Below are positions 50,497 through 63,565 of a stretch of 64,000 nt of DNA, one piece after another. Source of the DNA: Hypanus sabinus (taxonomy: Eukaryota); assembly GCF_030144855.1 (NCBI RefSeq), contig NC_082730.1:2480001-2544000 (forward strand), written 5' to 3'. A program made the translations under genes and the position numbers. The notes beneath the pieces were generated by a model, which saw nothing but the letters and a program-made list of their open reading frames with translations, ran no database searches and was not told where the DNA came from. Within the stretch, counting starts at the first letter, position 1. Every line of letters starts with the position of its first letter.

Positions 50497-50649
50497 ATCC
50501 AGCTCTCAGATCTTCATGCAATGGTCAGAAGATTGCCACTGTGATCCTCCCCATGATCCTTGCCGTGATCGTCATTGTGGTCATTCTGTGACAGGTTTGT
50601 TATAAACGCTACCTAAAGCCACATGATCCTCGCTCAGATGGGGACAAAA
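50497..50649 (+). pseudogene. Transmembrane exon of the receptor, with TGA immediately after the hydrophobic helix
   Basis: cctccccag acceptor, GTAAGG donor at 50650, 153 nt, phase 1/1. DPALRSSCNGQKIATVILPMILAVIVIVVIL*QVCYKRYLKPHDPRSDGDK; TGA at 50589-50591; basic stop-transfer residues follow in the same frame. Confidence 0.82.
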
Positions 50650-50810
50650 GTAAGGGAAAGAAATCTGGTACATCTGACAGAAGATGTCTTCCCCCCCCCC
50701 AACAAAAATAATCCAGCACTGGAAACTCTGGCGAGGGACAGCAGCAGGAGAGGCTCAGTCTGCAGGCAACAGTCTCCCATTCCAACCCTGAGGACATGGG
50801 TCCCAACTCA

Positions 50811-52559
50811 TAATGGAGAATGAGGCAGTCATAGATGAGAGCTACAGGGAGGTAGTCACACCTAGGCTGTCCGAAGCAGGTCGTTGGGTGACAGTCCGAG
50901 GGAGGGGAAGCGAAGGAGAGTAGACGGGTAGTGCAGAGCACCTCTGTAGCCATTCCCCTGAATAATAAGTTTACCGTCCTGGATGCTGTTGGTGAGGATG
51001 ACCGACCAGGCGTGAGCCACGGTGGCAGGACTTCTGGCACTGAGTCTGACCCTGTGGTGCAGAAGGATGGGACGGAGAAGAGGAGAGCTGTCATCATTGG
51101 AGACTCTATAGTCAGGGGAGCAGACAGGAGATTTTGCAGATGTGAGAAGGACACCCGTATGGTTTGTTGCCTCCCGGGTGCCAGGGTCTGGGATGACCAG
51201 TGAGCCTTACGTGTGTGGTGGGAAAGCTGTTGGAAAAGATTCTTAGAGATAGGATCTACGGGCATTTAGAGAATCATGGTCTGATCAGGGACAGTCAGCA
51301 TAGCTTTGTGAAGGGCAGATCGTGTCTAACAAGCCTGATAGAGTTCTTTGAGGAGGTGACCAGGCATATAGATGAGGGTAGTGCAGTGGATGTGATCTGC
51401 ATGGATTTTAGTAAAGCATTTGCCAAGGTTCCACACGGTAGATTTATTCAGAAAGAGTGAAGGCATGGGATCCAGGGAAGTTTGGCCAGGTGGGTTCAGA
51501 ATTGGCTTACCTGCAGAAGGCAGAGGGTCATGGTGGAGGGTGTACATTCAGATTGGAGGGTTGTGACTCATGGTGTCCCACAAGTATCTGTTCTGGGACC
51601 TCTACTTTTTGTGATTTTTATTAACGACCTGGATATGGGGGTAGAAGGGTGGGTTGGCAAGTTTGCAGATGACAGAAAGATTGGTGGTCTTGTTGTTAGA
51701 AAGGATTGTTGAAGATTGCAGAGAGACATTGATAGGATGCAGCAGTGGGATGAGAAGTGGCAGGTGGAGTTCAACCCGGAGAAGTGGGAGGTGGTACACT
51801 TTGGAAGGACAAACTCCAAGGCAGAGTACAAAGTAAATGGCAGGATACTTGGTAGTGTGGAGGAGCAGGGGGATCTGGGGGTACATGTCCACAGATCCCT
51901 GAAATTGCCTCACAGGTAAATAGGGTAGTTAAGAAAGCTTATGGGGTGTTAGCTTTCATAAGTTGAAGGATAGAGTTTAAGAGATATGATGTAATGATGC
52001 AGCTCTATAAAACTCTAGTTAGGCCACACTTGGAGTACAGTATTGTGTCCAGTTCTGGTCGCCTCACTGTAGGAAGGATGTGGAAGCATTGGAAAGGGTA
52101 CAGAGGTGATTTACCAGGAAGCTGCCTGGTTTAGAGAGTATGGATTATGATCAGAGATTAAGGGAGCTAGGGCTTTACTCTTTGTAGAGAAGGAGAGTGA
52201 GAGGAGACATGATAGAGGTATACAAGATATTATGAGGAATAGATAGAGTGGACAGCCAGTGCCTCTTCCCCAGGGCACCACTGCTCAGTACAAGAGGACA
52301 TGGCTTTAAGGTCAGGGGAGAGAAGTTCAAGGGGGATATTAGAGGAAAGTTTTTCACTCAGAGAGTGGTTGGTGTGTGGAATGCACTGCCTGAGTCAGTG
52401 CTGGAGGCAGATATGCTAGTGAAATTTAAGAGACTACTAGACACGTATATGGAGGAATTTAAGGTGGAGGGTTATATGGGAGGCAGGGCTTGAGGGTCAG
52501 CGCATTATTGTGGGCCAAAGGGCCTGTAATGTGCTGTACTATTCTATGTTCAATGTTCT
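50811..52559 (+). mobile_element. Internally deleted CR1 (ORF1 fragment joined to RT 3' half at about 51198)
   Basis: VIIGDSIVRGADRRFC…MVCCLPGARV joined directly to SLTCVVGKLLEKILRDRIY; TTCTATGT tail. Confidence 0.92.
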
Positions 52560-53159
52560 AACTCAGGAATAAGGAGTCAGGCTGGGGCAAGAGTGTGAGG
52601 TTTGGAGGAGGATTTGAACTGGACAGAGGGATATGGAGAGGAGTTAGGGGAAAGGAGCTGGCCACTGCTCTTTGTCCCACAGAGACGGAGGCACGAGGGC
52701 TGAACAGTCAATCACTCTGGGTTCTGGCATCCCCCCTGAGGGAGGCCCCAAGCACGGACCCCCTTGAAAAAGATGCAGATGCCAGCATCCCAGGAGGGAG
52801 TCCCCAGCTTACACGTAACCACTGAGGGAGACAGTAACACCAGTCACTCCTTCACCTGGACAACGAGTACCTCTCCCCAGACCCAGTTACTGGGGAATGG
52901 AGCCCACACCCAATGCAGAGTGAGGAGGTTGGGAGTGGGTTTCCATCCCAGTGGAACTTCTGTTCTTGTTCCACAGTCCCAGTGGGGATGGACCCTCACT
53001 CAATGGAGAGGACAAGGATTCAGGTGCAGCATAAAAGCAAAGCAAAGGAGGCATACAATATGGTGAGGTTTAGTAGGAAGCTTTGAATACCTAGCAGAGA
53101 ACAATTTTAAAACTAATAACCAGAAAAGATGAAATACAGGGGTAAATTATCCAATAATG

Positions 53160-54800
53160 TAAAAGACAATTTCAACATCTCTTGCAAACTTCCTGCGAGG
53201 ATATTCGTCCCCCTTGGATTCGGGTGCAACCCATCCCTTTTGAGCAGGTCATAGATTCCCCGACAGAGATCCCATTGATACAGAAATCTGAACCCCTGCC
53301 TCCTGCACCAGTTCTCAGGTGCACAGTTCTCTGCCAAATGCGCCTCGTATGTACCAAGACCTGTGGATGCTGACCCTCCTCCTTCAGAATGCCATGGGCT
53401 CGGTCTGAGTTGTCACTGACAATGGCACATGGGAGGCAACATATCTTCCGGGTGTCTTTTACATCCACAGAAAACCTTGTATACTTCTTTAACTATGGAA
53501 TTCTCTATCACGGCTGCTACTGCAGTCCTTGTCTCCTCCTTTCCCTACTGGGCCATAGAGCTAGACACAGTTGTAGAGTCTAGAGACCTGGTCATGGTGG
53601 CACCTCCCCTGCTACCCCTTCCCCCCACTGCAGTAGGTCATCCCCCTCAACAGCATCCAACAAGGTATAATCATTATTGAGGGGAATGGCCACAGGACTA
53701 CTTTGTACTGGCTGCCCATTTCCCTGTCTTCTGACAGTCACCCAGTTATCTGCCTCCTGCAACCTGTGGTTACGACTTCATTGTTCCTCCTATCATCACC
53801 TCTTCAGATTTCTGGATTACTGGGATCTCTTCTGCGGAAAGATGACCTGTGCAAAGAGGTGAATTACACCTGAACCCTAGTAGCTGGTTAGCTTGACCAT
53901 GGCAATTGGTAAGGTTTTAAAATATATTATAAAAGATGAAATTTCAGAATAGATGGAAGTAGGTGATAGAATAGGGTGAAGTTTGCACAATTTTATTCTA
54001 GATCTTTGAGAAGGTAACAGGCCGGCTAGAGAAAGGAGAGTAAGCACAAGCAATTGACAAGAACTTTCACAAGGCATTTGACAAGGTTCCACTCTCGAGG
54101 CTATTAAACAACATAATACAAAATTTTGAAAGGGATAGATAAGATAAAAGTAGGAAAGTTGTTTCCATTGGTAGGTGAGACTAGAACTAGGGGACATTAC
54201 CTCAAGATTCAGGAGAGAAGATTTAGGATGGAGATGAAGAGAAACTGTTTTTCCCCAGACAGTGGTGAATCTGTGGAATTCTCTGACCAGGGAAGCAGCT
54301 GAGGCTTCCTCACTAAATACATTTAAGAAATACTTAGATAGGTTTTTATTTAGTAAGGGAATTAAGGGTTATGGGGAAAAGGCAGGTAGATAGAGCTGAG
54401 TTTATGGACAAATCAGCCGTGATCTTATTGAATGGTGATGCAGGCTCAATGGGCCGGATGGCCTACTCCTGCTCCTATTTCTTATGTTCATATGTTCTAA
54501 AGAGACCATGGCGTTGTAGGTAAGGTACCAGCATGGATAGAAGATTGTCTGACTGGCAGAAATTAGAGAGAGTGGGGATAAAATGCTTTTTTAGAACACC
54601 TGCCACAGACCAATGGAGCATCAAAGGGTTCAGGGTTGGGACGGCAGCTTTTCACTTTATACGTGAATGATCCAGATGAAGGAACAGATGGTATTGAGGA
54701 TTCATCAGGGTCAAGATAGCCGGAGGTACAGTTGTTGTCACAGAGTCACAGAGTCTGCTGCAGGACTTGGAGAGGTTGGGGGAATGGGCAAAGAAGTGGT
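53160..54800. mobile_element. Cluster of CR1 fragments (ORF1 esterase on minus; 3' end and RT pieces on plus)
   Basis: ICCLPCAIVSD, WDLC…KRDGLHPNPRGTNILAG; CR1 3' end at 54110-54500. Confidence 0.75.
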
Positions 54801-56734
54801 AGATAGAACATAGAACAGTATAGCACATTGCTGGCCCTTTGGCCCACAATGTTGTGCTGACTCTCGACCCTGCCTCCCATATAAACCCCCGCCTTATATT
54901 CCTCCATATACCTGTCTAGTAGTCTCTGAAACTTCACTAGTATATCTGCCTCCACCACTGACTCAGGCAGTGCATTCCACGCACCAACCACTCTGAGTGA
55001 AAATCCTTCCTCTAATATCCCCCTTGTACTTCACTCCCCTGACCTTAAAGCCATGTCCTCTTGTACTGAGCAGTGGTGCCCCGGGGAAGAGGCACTGGCT
55101 ATCCACTCTGTCTATTCCTCTTAATATCTTGTACACCTCTATCATGTCTCCTCTCATCCTTCTTCTCTCCGAAGAGTAAAGCCCTAGCTCCCTTAATCTC
55201 TGATCATAATCCATACTCTCTAAACCAGGCAGCATCCTAGTAAATCTCCTCTGTACCCTTTCCAATGCTTCCACATCCTTCCTATAGTGAGGCGACCAGA
55301 ACTGGACACAGTACTCCAAGTGTGGCCTAACTAGAGTTTTATAGAGCTGCATCATTACATCGCATCTCTTAAACTCTATCCCTCGATTTATGAAAGCTAA
55401 CACCCCATAAGCTTTCTTAACTACCCTATCTACCTGTGAGGCAACTTTCAGGGATCTGTGGACATGTACTCCCAGATCCCTCTGCTCTTCCACACTACCA
55501 AGCATCCTGCCATTTACTTTGTACTCTGCCTTGGAGTTTGTCCTTCCAAAGTGTACCACCTCCCACTTCTCCGGGTTGAACTCCATCTGCCAATTCTCAG
55601 CCCACTTCTGCATCCTATCAATGCCTCTCTGCAATCACTGACAATCCTCTATACTATCTACAACACCACCAACCTTTGTGTCGCCTACAAACTTTCCCAC
55701 CCACTCTTCTACCCCCAAATCCAGGTCATTAATAAAAATCACAAAAAGTAGAGGTCCCAGAACAGATCTTTGTGGGACACCACTAGTCACAACCCTCCAA
55801 TCTGAATGTACACCCTCCACCAAGACCCTCTGCCTTCTGCAGGTAAGCCAATTCTGAATCCACCTGGCCAAACTTCCCTGGATCCCATGCCTTCTGACTT
55901 TCTGAATAAGCCTGCTGTGTGGAACCTTGTCAAATGCCTTACTAAAATCCAGGTAGATTACATCCACTGCACTACCCTCATCTATATGCCTGGTCACCTC
56001 CTCAAAGAACTCTATCAGGCTTGATAGGCATGATCTGCCCTTCACAAAGCCATGCTGACTGTCCCTGATCAGACCATGATTCTCTAAATGCCCATAGATC
56101 CTATCTCTAAGAATCTTTTCCAACAGCTTTCCCACCACAGACATAAGGCTCACTGGTCTGTAATTATCTGGACTATCCCTACTACCTTTTTTGAACAAGG
56201 GGACAACATTTGCCTCCCTCCAATCCTCCGGTACCATTCCCGTGGACAATGAGAACATAAAGATCCTAGCCAGAGGCTCAGCAATCTCTTCCCTCACCTC
56301 GTGGGGCAGCCTGTGGAATATTCCGTCAGGCCCTGGGGACTTATCCGTCCTAATGTATTTTAACAACTCCTATACTTCCTCTCCCTTAATATCAACATGC
56401 TCCAGAACATCAACCTCACTCATATTGTCCTCACCGTCATCAAGTTCCCCCTCAGTGGTGAATACTGAAGAGAAGTATTCATTGAGGACTTCGGTCACTT
56501 CCACAGCCTCCAGGTACATCTTCCCAGTTTTATCTCTAATCAGTCCTACCTTCACTCCTGTCATCCTTTTGTTCTTCACATAATTGAAGAATGCCTTGGG
56601 GTTTTCCTTTACCCTAATCGCCAAGACCTTCTCATGCCCCCTACTTGTTCTTCTCAGCCCCTTCATAATCTCCTTTCCTGCTACCCTATATTCCTCAATA
56701 GACCCAGCTGATCCTTGTTTCCTAAACCTCATGT

Positions 56735-59676
56735 TCCAACCGTGTTCCAGCGACCATGGATTGGCCTCGGCCGTCGATCTCAACTGCCCCAGCTACCCTG
56801 GGCATATTGAAAACCCGGACTCCAGCACCATCACCACATGTTCCGACGACCATGGAGAGCTTCAAAGCGATTGCGGAACCACCGACTGCGACTCCAGCCC
56901 TGAACTCCAGGCCGGGTCTTCACACGCTGCGATTGTGACTTCCGTCTCCCCTTCCCCCACCACCACTCTGCAGTCCCCGCTCCCTCAGATCCCATTGTCA
57001 GCTCCTGGGCCCTCAGAGGCTCCATCTTCCTCTCACCCCAACCATCCCCTCTCCACTGACACTACAAGCCTCCCTCCCCCCTCTGATCCCATCTCTCATC
57101 CGTGCCGGGTCTTTACCATTCCCTCTGACCTTCAACTCTCTGAGGCAGAGTGCTCTGTCCTCAGTAAGGGCCTCACCTTTTTTCCCTTCACCCACACCTC
57201 AGCGAGTTCTGCTTACGCCATGATTCTGAACTCTTCTTCTGCCGTCTCCATCTCCGAGCTTACTTCTTTGACAAGGACTCTCCTACCCCCACCAATGACC
57301 CCTTCTCCCATCTTCAAACCTCTTCCTCTTCATGGACACCCCACTCTGGTCTTCTGCCTGCTCTGATCTCATTATTGCGAATTGCCACGGGACATCAACT
57401 GTCTCAACCTCACCACAGCCTGTTCCAATTCCAACCTCACTCCTTCCGAATGGTCTGCTCTCCACTCCCTCCGCACCAATCCCAACCTCACTATAAAACC
57501 CGCTGATAAGGGGGGAGCTGTTGTAGTCTGGCAAACTGACCTCTACCTGGCCGAGGCACAGCGACAACTCTCTGATACTTATTTACCCCTTGATCATGAC
57601 ACCACTAAGGAGCACCAGGCCATTGTCTCCTATACCATCACCAACCTAATCAGCTCTGGGGATCTCCCATCCACTGCCACCAACCTCATAGTTCCCACAC
57701 CCCGCACTTCCCGTTTCTACCTCCTACCCAAGATCCACAAACCTTCCTGTCCAGGTAGACCCATTGGCTCTATTTGCTCCTGCCCCACCGAACTCATTTT
57801 TGCATACCTTGACACTGTTTTATCCCCCCCTGGTTCAATCCCTTCCCACCTATGTTTGTGACACTTCTCACGCTTTGAATTTTTTCAATGATTTTAAGTT
57901 CCCCGGCCCCCACTGCCTTATTTTCACCATGGACGTCCAGTCCCAATGTATCTCCATCCCCCACCCAGATGGCCTCAAAGCTCTTCGCTTCTTTTTGGAT
58001 TCCAGACCTAACCAATTCCCCTCTACCACCACTCTCCTCCATCCAGCAGAATTAGTTCTTAATCTCAATAATTTTTACTTTGGCTTCTCCCTCTTCCTCC
58101 AAACCAAAGGTGCAGCCATGGGCACCCGTATGGGTCCCAGTTATGCCTGCCTTTTTGTTGGCTTTGTGGAACAGTCCATGTTCCAAGCCTATACGGGTTT
58201 CCGTCTCCCTCTTTTCCTTCGCTACATCAACGACTGCATTGGCGCTGCCTCTTGCACGTGTGCTGAGCTCGTTGACTTCATTAACTTTGCCTCCAACTTT
58301 CACCATGCCCACAAATTTAGCTTGTCCATTTCTGACACCTCCCTCCCCTTTCTTGATCTTTCTGTCTCCATCTCTGGAGACAGCTTATCTACTGATATCT
58401 ACTATAAGCCTACAGACTCTCACAGCTACCTGGACTATTCCTCTTCCCACCCTGTCTCTTGCAAAAATGCTATCCCCTTCTCACAATTCCTCCGTCTCCG
58501 CCGCATCTGCTCTCAGGATGAGGCTTTTCATTCCAGGATGAAGGAGATGTCTTCCTTTTTTAAAGAAAGGGGCTTCCCTTCGTCCACCATCAACTCTGCT
58601 CTCAAACGCATCTCTCCCATTTCCCGCACATCTGCCCTCATCCCATTCACCCGCCACCCCACTCGGGATAGGGTTCCCCTTGTCCTCACCTACCACCCCA
58701 CCAGCCTCCAGGTCCAACGTATAATTCTCCGTAACTTCCGCCACCTCCTACGGGATCCCACTACCAAACACATCTTTTCCTTCCCCCCCCCCCACTTTCT
58801 GCTTTCCGCAGGGATCGCTCCCTATGCGTCTCCCTTGTCCACTCGTCCCCCCCATCCCTTCCCACCGCTCTCCCTCCTGGCACTTATCATTGTAAACGGA
58901 ACAAGTGCTACACCTGCTCTTACACTTCCTCCCTCGCCACCATTCAGGGCTCCAGACAGTCCTTCCAGGTGAGGCAACACTTCACCTGTTAGTTGGCTGG
59001 TGTGGTATACTGCATCCATTGCTCCCGGTGTGGCCTCTTAAACATTGGTGAGACCCGACGCAGACTGGGAGACCGTTTTGCTGAACACCTACGCTCTGTC
59101 CGCCAGAGAAAGCAGGATCTCCCAGTGGCCACACATTTCAATTCCACATCCCATTCCCATTTTGATATGTCTATCCGTGGCCTTCTCTACTGTCAAGATG
59201 AAGCCACACTCTGGTTGGAGGAACAACACCTTATATACCGGCTGGGTAGCCTCCAACCGGATGGCATGAACATTGACTTCTCTAACTTCCGTTAAGCCCC
59301 TCCTCCCCTTCTTACCCCAACCCTGATATATTTAGTTGTTTTTTTTCTCTTTACTCATCACTCTGCCTGCTCTCCATCTCCCTCTGGTGCTCCCCTCCCC
59401 CTTTCTTTCTCACTAGGCCTCCCGTCCCATGATCCTTTCCCTTCTCCAGATCTGTATTAGTTTAGCCAATCACCTTTCCAGCTCTTAGCTTCATCCCACC
59501 CCCTCTGGTCTTCTCCTATCATTTTGCATTTCCCCTTCCCCCTCCTACTTTCAAATTTCTTAGTATCTTTCTTTTCAGTTAGTCCTGACGAATGGTCTTG
59601 ACCCGAAATGTCGACAATGCTTCTCCTTTTAGATGCTGCCCGGCCTGCTATGTTTCACTAGCATTTTGTGCGTGTC
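56735..59676 (+). mobile_element. Near-complete Penelope-like retroelement (RT + GIY-YIG), frameshifted
   Basis: RT at 57382-58972 (KPADKGGAVVV, FYLLPKIHK, GAAMGTRMGPSYA, FLRYINDC, FLDL). GIY-YIG at 58993-59295. 8-bp TSD CCTCATGT at 56727-56734 and 59677-59684. Confidence 0.94.
59581..59616 (+). ncRNA. Minimal type-I hammerhead-ribozyme-like motif in the PLE terminus (one stem II mismatch)
   Basis: GTC-CTGACGA-A-TGGT(CTTG)ACCC-GAAA-TGTC^GAC: CUGANGA and GAAA cores, a stem II hairpin, GUC cleavage triplet, and stem I GTC/GAC. PLE terminal repeats are known to carry such minimal hammerheads. Confidence 0.65.
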
Positions 59677-61949
59677 CCTCATGTATGCTGCCTTCTTCCA
59701 CCTAAGTAGATTTTCCACCTCACTTGTCACCCATGGTTCCTTCACTCTACCATTCTTTATCTTCCTCACCGGGACAAATTTATCCCTAACATCCTGCAAG
59801 AGATCCTTAAACATCAACCACATGTCCATAGTACATTTCCCTGCAAAAATATCATCCCAATTCATACCCGCAAGTTCTAACCTTATAGCCTCATAATTTG
59901 CTCTTCCCCAATTAAAAATTTTCCTGTCCTCTCTGATTCTATCCTTTTCCATGATAATGCTAAAGGCCAGGGAGTGGTGATCACTGTCCCCTAGGTGCAC
60001 ACCCACTGACAGATCTGTGACCTGACCCGGTTCATTACCTAATACTAGATCTAGTATGGCATTCCCCCTACTCGGCCTGTCAACATACTGTGACAGGAAT
60101 CCATCCTGGACACACTTAACAAGCTCTGCCCCATCTAAACCCTTGGAACTAATCAAGTGTCGATCAATATTACGGAAGTTAAAGTCACCCATGATAACAA
60201 CCCGGTTATTTTTGCACCTTTCCAAAATCTGCCTCCAAATCTGCTCTTCTGTATCTCTGCTGCTACCAGGGGGCCTACAGAATACCCCCAGAAGAGTAAC
60301 TGCTCCCTTCCTGTTCCTGATTTCCACCCATACTGACTCAAAAGAGGATCCTGCTACATTACCCACCCTTTCTGCAGCTGTAATAGTATCCCTGACCAGT
60401 GATGCCACCCCTCCTCCCCTTTTCCCCCCTTTTAAAGCACTGAAATCCAGGAATATTGAGAATCCATTCCTGCCCTGGTGCCAGCAAAGTCTCTGTAATG
60501 GCCACTACATCATAATTCCATGTATGTATCCAAGCTCCCAGTTCATCACCTTTGTTCCTGATGCTTCTTGTATTGAAGTACACACACTTTAGCCCTTCTA
60601 CCTGAACACCCTTTATTCTGCTTGTCTTTCCTCAAAGCCTCTCTATATGTTAGATCTGGTTTTACTCCATGCACTTCTTTCACTGCTCCATCACTCCGGG
60701 TCCCACCCCCCTTGCAAATTAGTTTAAACCCTTCCGAACCATGCTAGCAAACCTACCTGCAAGGATATTGCTCCCACTCGAGTTCAGGTGCAACCCATCC
60801 AATCTGTACAGGTCCCACCTTCCCCAGAAGAGATCCCAATTATCCAAAAATCTAAAATCCTGCCCCAACTCCTCAGCCACGCATTCAACTGCCATCTCCT
60901 TCAATCCTTACCATCACTATCATGTAGCACTGTCAGCAATCCTGAGAACACCACCCTTGAGGTCCTGTTTTTCAGCCTTCTGCATAGTTCCCAAAACTCA
61001 CACTTCAGGACCTTATCCCTCTTCCTGCCTATTTCGTTGGTACCAACATGTATCATGACTTCTGGTTGCTTTCCCTCTTGTACCAGGATGTCATGCACCT
61101 GGTCAGAGACATCCCGGACCCTGGCACCCGGGAGGCAACAAACCATGTGGGTTTCCTTCTCATGTCCACAAAATCTCCCGTCTGCTTCCCTGACTATAGA
61201 GTCTCCAATGACGACATCTCTCCTCCATCCCATCCTTCTGCACCACAGGGTCAGACTCAGTTCCAGAAGTCCTGCCACCGTGGCTCACGCCTGGTCGGTC
61301 GTCCTCACCAACAGCATCCAGGACGGTAAACTTATTATTTAGGGGAATGGCTACAGGGGTGCTCTGCACTACCCGTTTACTCTCCTTCGCTTTTCCCCCC
61401 TCGGACTGTCACCCAACGACCTGCTTCGGACAGCCTAGGTGTGACTACCTCCCTGTAGCTCTCATCTATGACTGCCTCATTCTCCCTTATGAGACGAAGG
61501 TCATCCAGCTGCTGCTCCAGATTCCTCACACGGTCTTCCAGATCACCCAGCCGCAAGCACTTCTGGCAGATGCAACTCTGCGGGAGAGGGGAGTTCCCCC
61601 AAGACTGCCACATCTCACAGGAGAGGCACATCACCATCTCAGGAGGCATTGTAAAGACTAACTGGGAACAAGCTCATCCTCCGCCTCTTCTCGTTGAACC
61701 CTCTCGAGTCAAAGCCTCAAATCTCCACTCCTTCACTGGCCCACTCACTCACTGGCAACTTTTCACAGGTGGCTCTGCTTGAGCTACCCCTCTGTTTCTT
61801 TGTTTGAGCTTTTCAAACTGCTTGGTCACCTGACCTAGATTGTCTAATCAACGGCTTTCTGCTGAGCTATTCAAATCTTGATTAACTTGTTTGCACAGTC
61901 CATCTACCAGAATCCCTCGAGTGAAAGCCTCAATTCTCCACTCCTTCAC

Positions 61950-62540
61950 TGGCTGCTTTCCAGATGGAAGTATTTAGTTTTGAAAGGGTGTGGATATAAT
62001 AGCAAGAATGGACTGCTGAGGCTTTACAAGGAGTTGCTTAGACCCCATAGGGAATATTGTGAACAATCTGGGTTCTGTATCTAAGGAAATTTATGCTGCC
62101 TCTGGAGAGGGTCCAGATAATGTTCAGAAGAATAATTACAGGAGTGGAAGTCTTCAGGTATGAGGAGTGTTTGGCAGCTTTGGGCCTGAAAAGGATGAAG
62201 GAACAGATTGCACTAAATCACAACAGACACTGAAATGCCTGGATAACATGAAGGTGCAGAGGATGTTTATGTCAGTGGGAGAGTCCAGGATACAAGGGCA
62301 CAGACTCAGAATAAAGAGATATGCTTTTGGAACTGAGGTGAGAAGGAATTTTTTCAGCCAGAGGTCATGAATCTGGAATTTAAGGATGAGATTGAAAGGT
62401 TTTCAATTGGTAGAGTAGTTAAGGGTTACAGAGAAAAAGCAGGAGTATGGAGCTACATAAGGAACCAACCATAATTAAATGATGGAACATGCTCAAAAGG
62501 CTCAATTTCTTAAATGTTCTCCTATGTTTTATGGTCTTAT
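61950..62540 (+). mobile_element. Degenerate CR1 3' fragment
   Basis: LLRLYKELLRPHREYCEQ; RIQGHRLRIK…RRNFFSQR. Confidence 0.8.
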
Positions 62541-62679
62541 GGATCTGCAGTAAATTGTGCTGACCACACTCCTCGATCCTGGACATTCCATTTCCTGTTC
62601 CTTATCACCCAGATTTGTGTTTATAACTGGTGCTAAACCCATCACTCACATAGTCAATGTGGTACATTTTCCCCACACA

Positions 62680-63260
62680 ACCAGTCACTTGAGTCTACTG
62701 TCCCCCACATATACAGTCACTGAAGTACATTGTCCCCTGCACACCAGATCACTGGGGTATACTGTCCTCTACAAACCAAATCACTGGGGTACACCATCCC
62801 CCCTCACATCAAATCACTGGGGTACACCGTCCTCCACACACTCAGTCACTGGGGAACACTATACCCCCAAACCCTGTCAAAGTGGGACACTGTCCCACAC
62901 ACTACCTGTCACTGGGGTACACAGATCCCTACACACCCAGTCACTGAGGTACACTGTCCACAAAAAACACAATTCCTGGGGTACACTTTCCACACTACAC
63001 CCAGTCACTGGGGTACAATGTCTTCACACACCCAGTCACTGAGTACACTGTCCCGTTCCCCCACACACACACCCAGTCACTGGGGTACACTGTCACTGCA
63101 CACCTAGACACTCGATCACACTGTCCCCACACACCCAATCACTGGGGTACATTGCCCCATATATATGGTTACTGGAGCACTCTGTACACCTCATGACTGG
63201 TTACTGGTGTACAATATTCCCTACACACCCAATCACTGGGATTTACTGTCCTCCACACTC
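62680..63260 (+). repeat. Degenerate minisatellite of about 30-35 bp
   Basis: Repeated CAGTCACTGGGGTACACTGTCCCCACACACC-like units, roughly 15-18 copies. Confidence 0.9.
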
Positions 63261-63565
63261 CCAATTGTGACATGTGGTGGGAAGACTTTGACTTGTGTGG
63301 GTGTGATGTTTTCCAGGGTATTGACCAGTGTGAGAGATTGAGACAGAGCAACTAAAGTGAGGTTTATGGGACATGTCAGTGAAGATGAGAATGAGGAAGG
63401 GAGTCGGGGTGTTGTGATTTGTGGCAGTGCAGGTGACATTGCAGAGGATGAGTAGGGACCAGATGAACATATGTTGGGTTGAGGGTCACTGGGAGACTCT
63501 GTGGAGGGAAGGTCAGCTATCAGTATCACTATTGGAAGCCCTCAACTCTGCTCTCTATCCCACAG

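Larger units (their letters stand above)
54806..61800 (-). mobile_element. Near-full-length CR1 LINE (zinc finger/leucine zipper + esterase ORF1; EN-RT ORF2), split by a Penelope insertion
   Basis: 61377-61649 MVMCLSCEMW…CICQKCLRL…LEQQLDDL; esterase at 60901-61278; EN at 59629-60583; RT at 55635-56366 and 54963-55634; 3' tail at about 54806-54820. Confidence 0.94.
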
